Below the pieces are notes generated by a model. The model made no database searches. It was not told where the DNA came from and saw only the letters and a program-made list of their open reading frames with translations. Both the position numbers and the translations under genes were made by a program. From Octopus sinensis (lineage: Eukaryota), in assembly GCF_006345805.1 (NCBI RefSeq), contig NW_021829600.1, positions 1-64,000 of the forward strand: a stretch of 64,000 bases of DNA. The letters run 5' to 3'. Shown in pieces: positions 62,895 through 64,000 of the stretch (positions within the stretch are counted from its first letter, which is position 1; each line of letters begins with the position of its first letter).

Positions 62895-63793
62895 TATATA
62901 TAATATATAATTCTATTATACCAGTGTATAATCAGTACTCGTAATAAAGTACGATTTTAGTTTGAAAGCACATCGTTAGAATTATCTAAAAGAATTTCTA
63001 TCCATTACTCAACATTTAGAGATAGGAATAAATGTAACAGTACAGGGCTCAGTAAATTAATTTGTGATCTAAAAGACCACAATGAACAATTTAATTTAGA
63101 ATGGTTGATTCTCTCAATCTCGATACCTTATGACAAAGGCAAGGAATTCTGTCTTCTCTGTAATTCTGAACTATTTTTCATTATTTTTTCTAAAAATCCC
63201 CTAGTAACACAGTTATAGAGCGAGCATACAGATGTACACATTGGCAAAAACACACCTTTAGTGCATATAAGCAATCTCTATCATTATATATAATTTAAAC
63301 ATTAATTTCATTTATATTTAACATTCACTATTAATATACCTGCTCTTTCTGTAAGCTACTTTTTAAACAATATTAATAGCGTTCAATTAATCGCTATACA
63401 AATCCATCATTTTTTGCTAAAATGTCTTATTGACGAGTTTTGTTTTTTCACTTTCCTGAACAGAAGATTGCATTGTTTATACCATTTATTCTTTTGAATA
63501 GTATCAGTGGAATTTTCGAAACGTGTGTCGAAAGTAAAAATATATGATTTATACCTGCGTTAAACTCCATTTATTTATTCGTATATTATACAAAAATTCC
63601 ACGTAAATACGAAATTTCTATCTTTATAAACAAGGAGCTACAACCTCTTTACTTGTGAGATTTTTTGCTACCCTTAAATCATTAAAAATATTTTAGCATG
63701 AAGGCCGCGGCCATGCTGGGGCACCACCCTGGTAACTATTTATTTATTTTCCCGTGTTAATGTTAACAAGGTAAAAATACACTCATCTATTTA

Positions 63794-63842
<49 letters not shown>

Positions 63843-64000
63843 CAATTAAGGACAACCACTTAATAAGGAAAACTTAACAAGAAATTGTCAGGTAGATAGC
63901 GTGAAAACCTCATAAGAGAAAAATTTCGAAAATAATTATTCTTATTGAACATATTAATTTATATATAGAGGGCATTATACATACATGCAGATGGATTATA

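Overview
Eukaryotic, repeat-saturated, AT-rich genomic DNA, most likely from an octopus (inferred from abundant tRNA-derived SINEs that I recall as the Octopus OK/OR-type families, and from the microsatellite load). No host gene, rRNA, genuine tRNA gene or CRISPR array can be supported; most ORFs in the supplied track are translations of microsatellites or SINEs. Identifiable content: at least three SINE families (dozens of copies, only representatives listed); two recent mariner (D,D34D) copies, one with a 4x tandem amplification of its end; a near full-length degraded RTE/BovB-like LINE; CR1, Tx1/L1, R4/Dong and R2-like LINE fragments; a Penelope-like element; and two related foldback elements. 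Most interesting signals: (i) two covarying HDV-like ribozyme folds, one heading a ~335-bp non-autonomous element; (ii) a well-formed hammerhead ribozyme in the Penelope-like element, whose GIY-YIG domain is split by a low-complexity insert; (iii) several retroelement families sitting specifically inside (GATA)n, (TAA)n or (CATA)n arrays; (iv) a fixed-register breakpoint that builds SINE multimers; (v) several long palindromes. Coordinates were read by hand and may be off by a few bases. Family names rest on motif recognition, not database searches.
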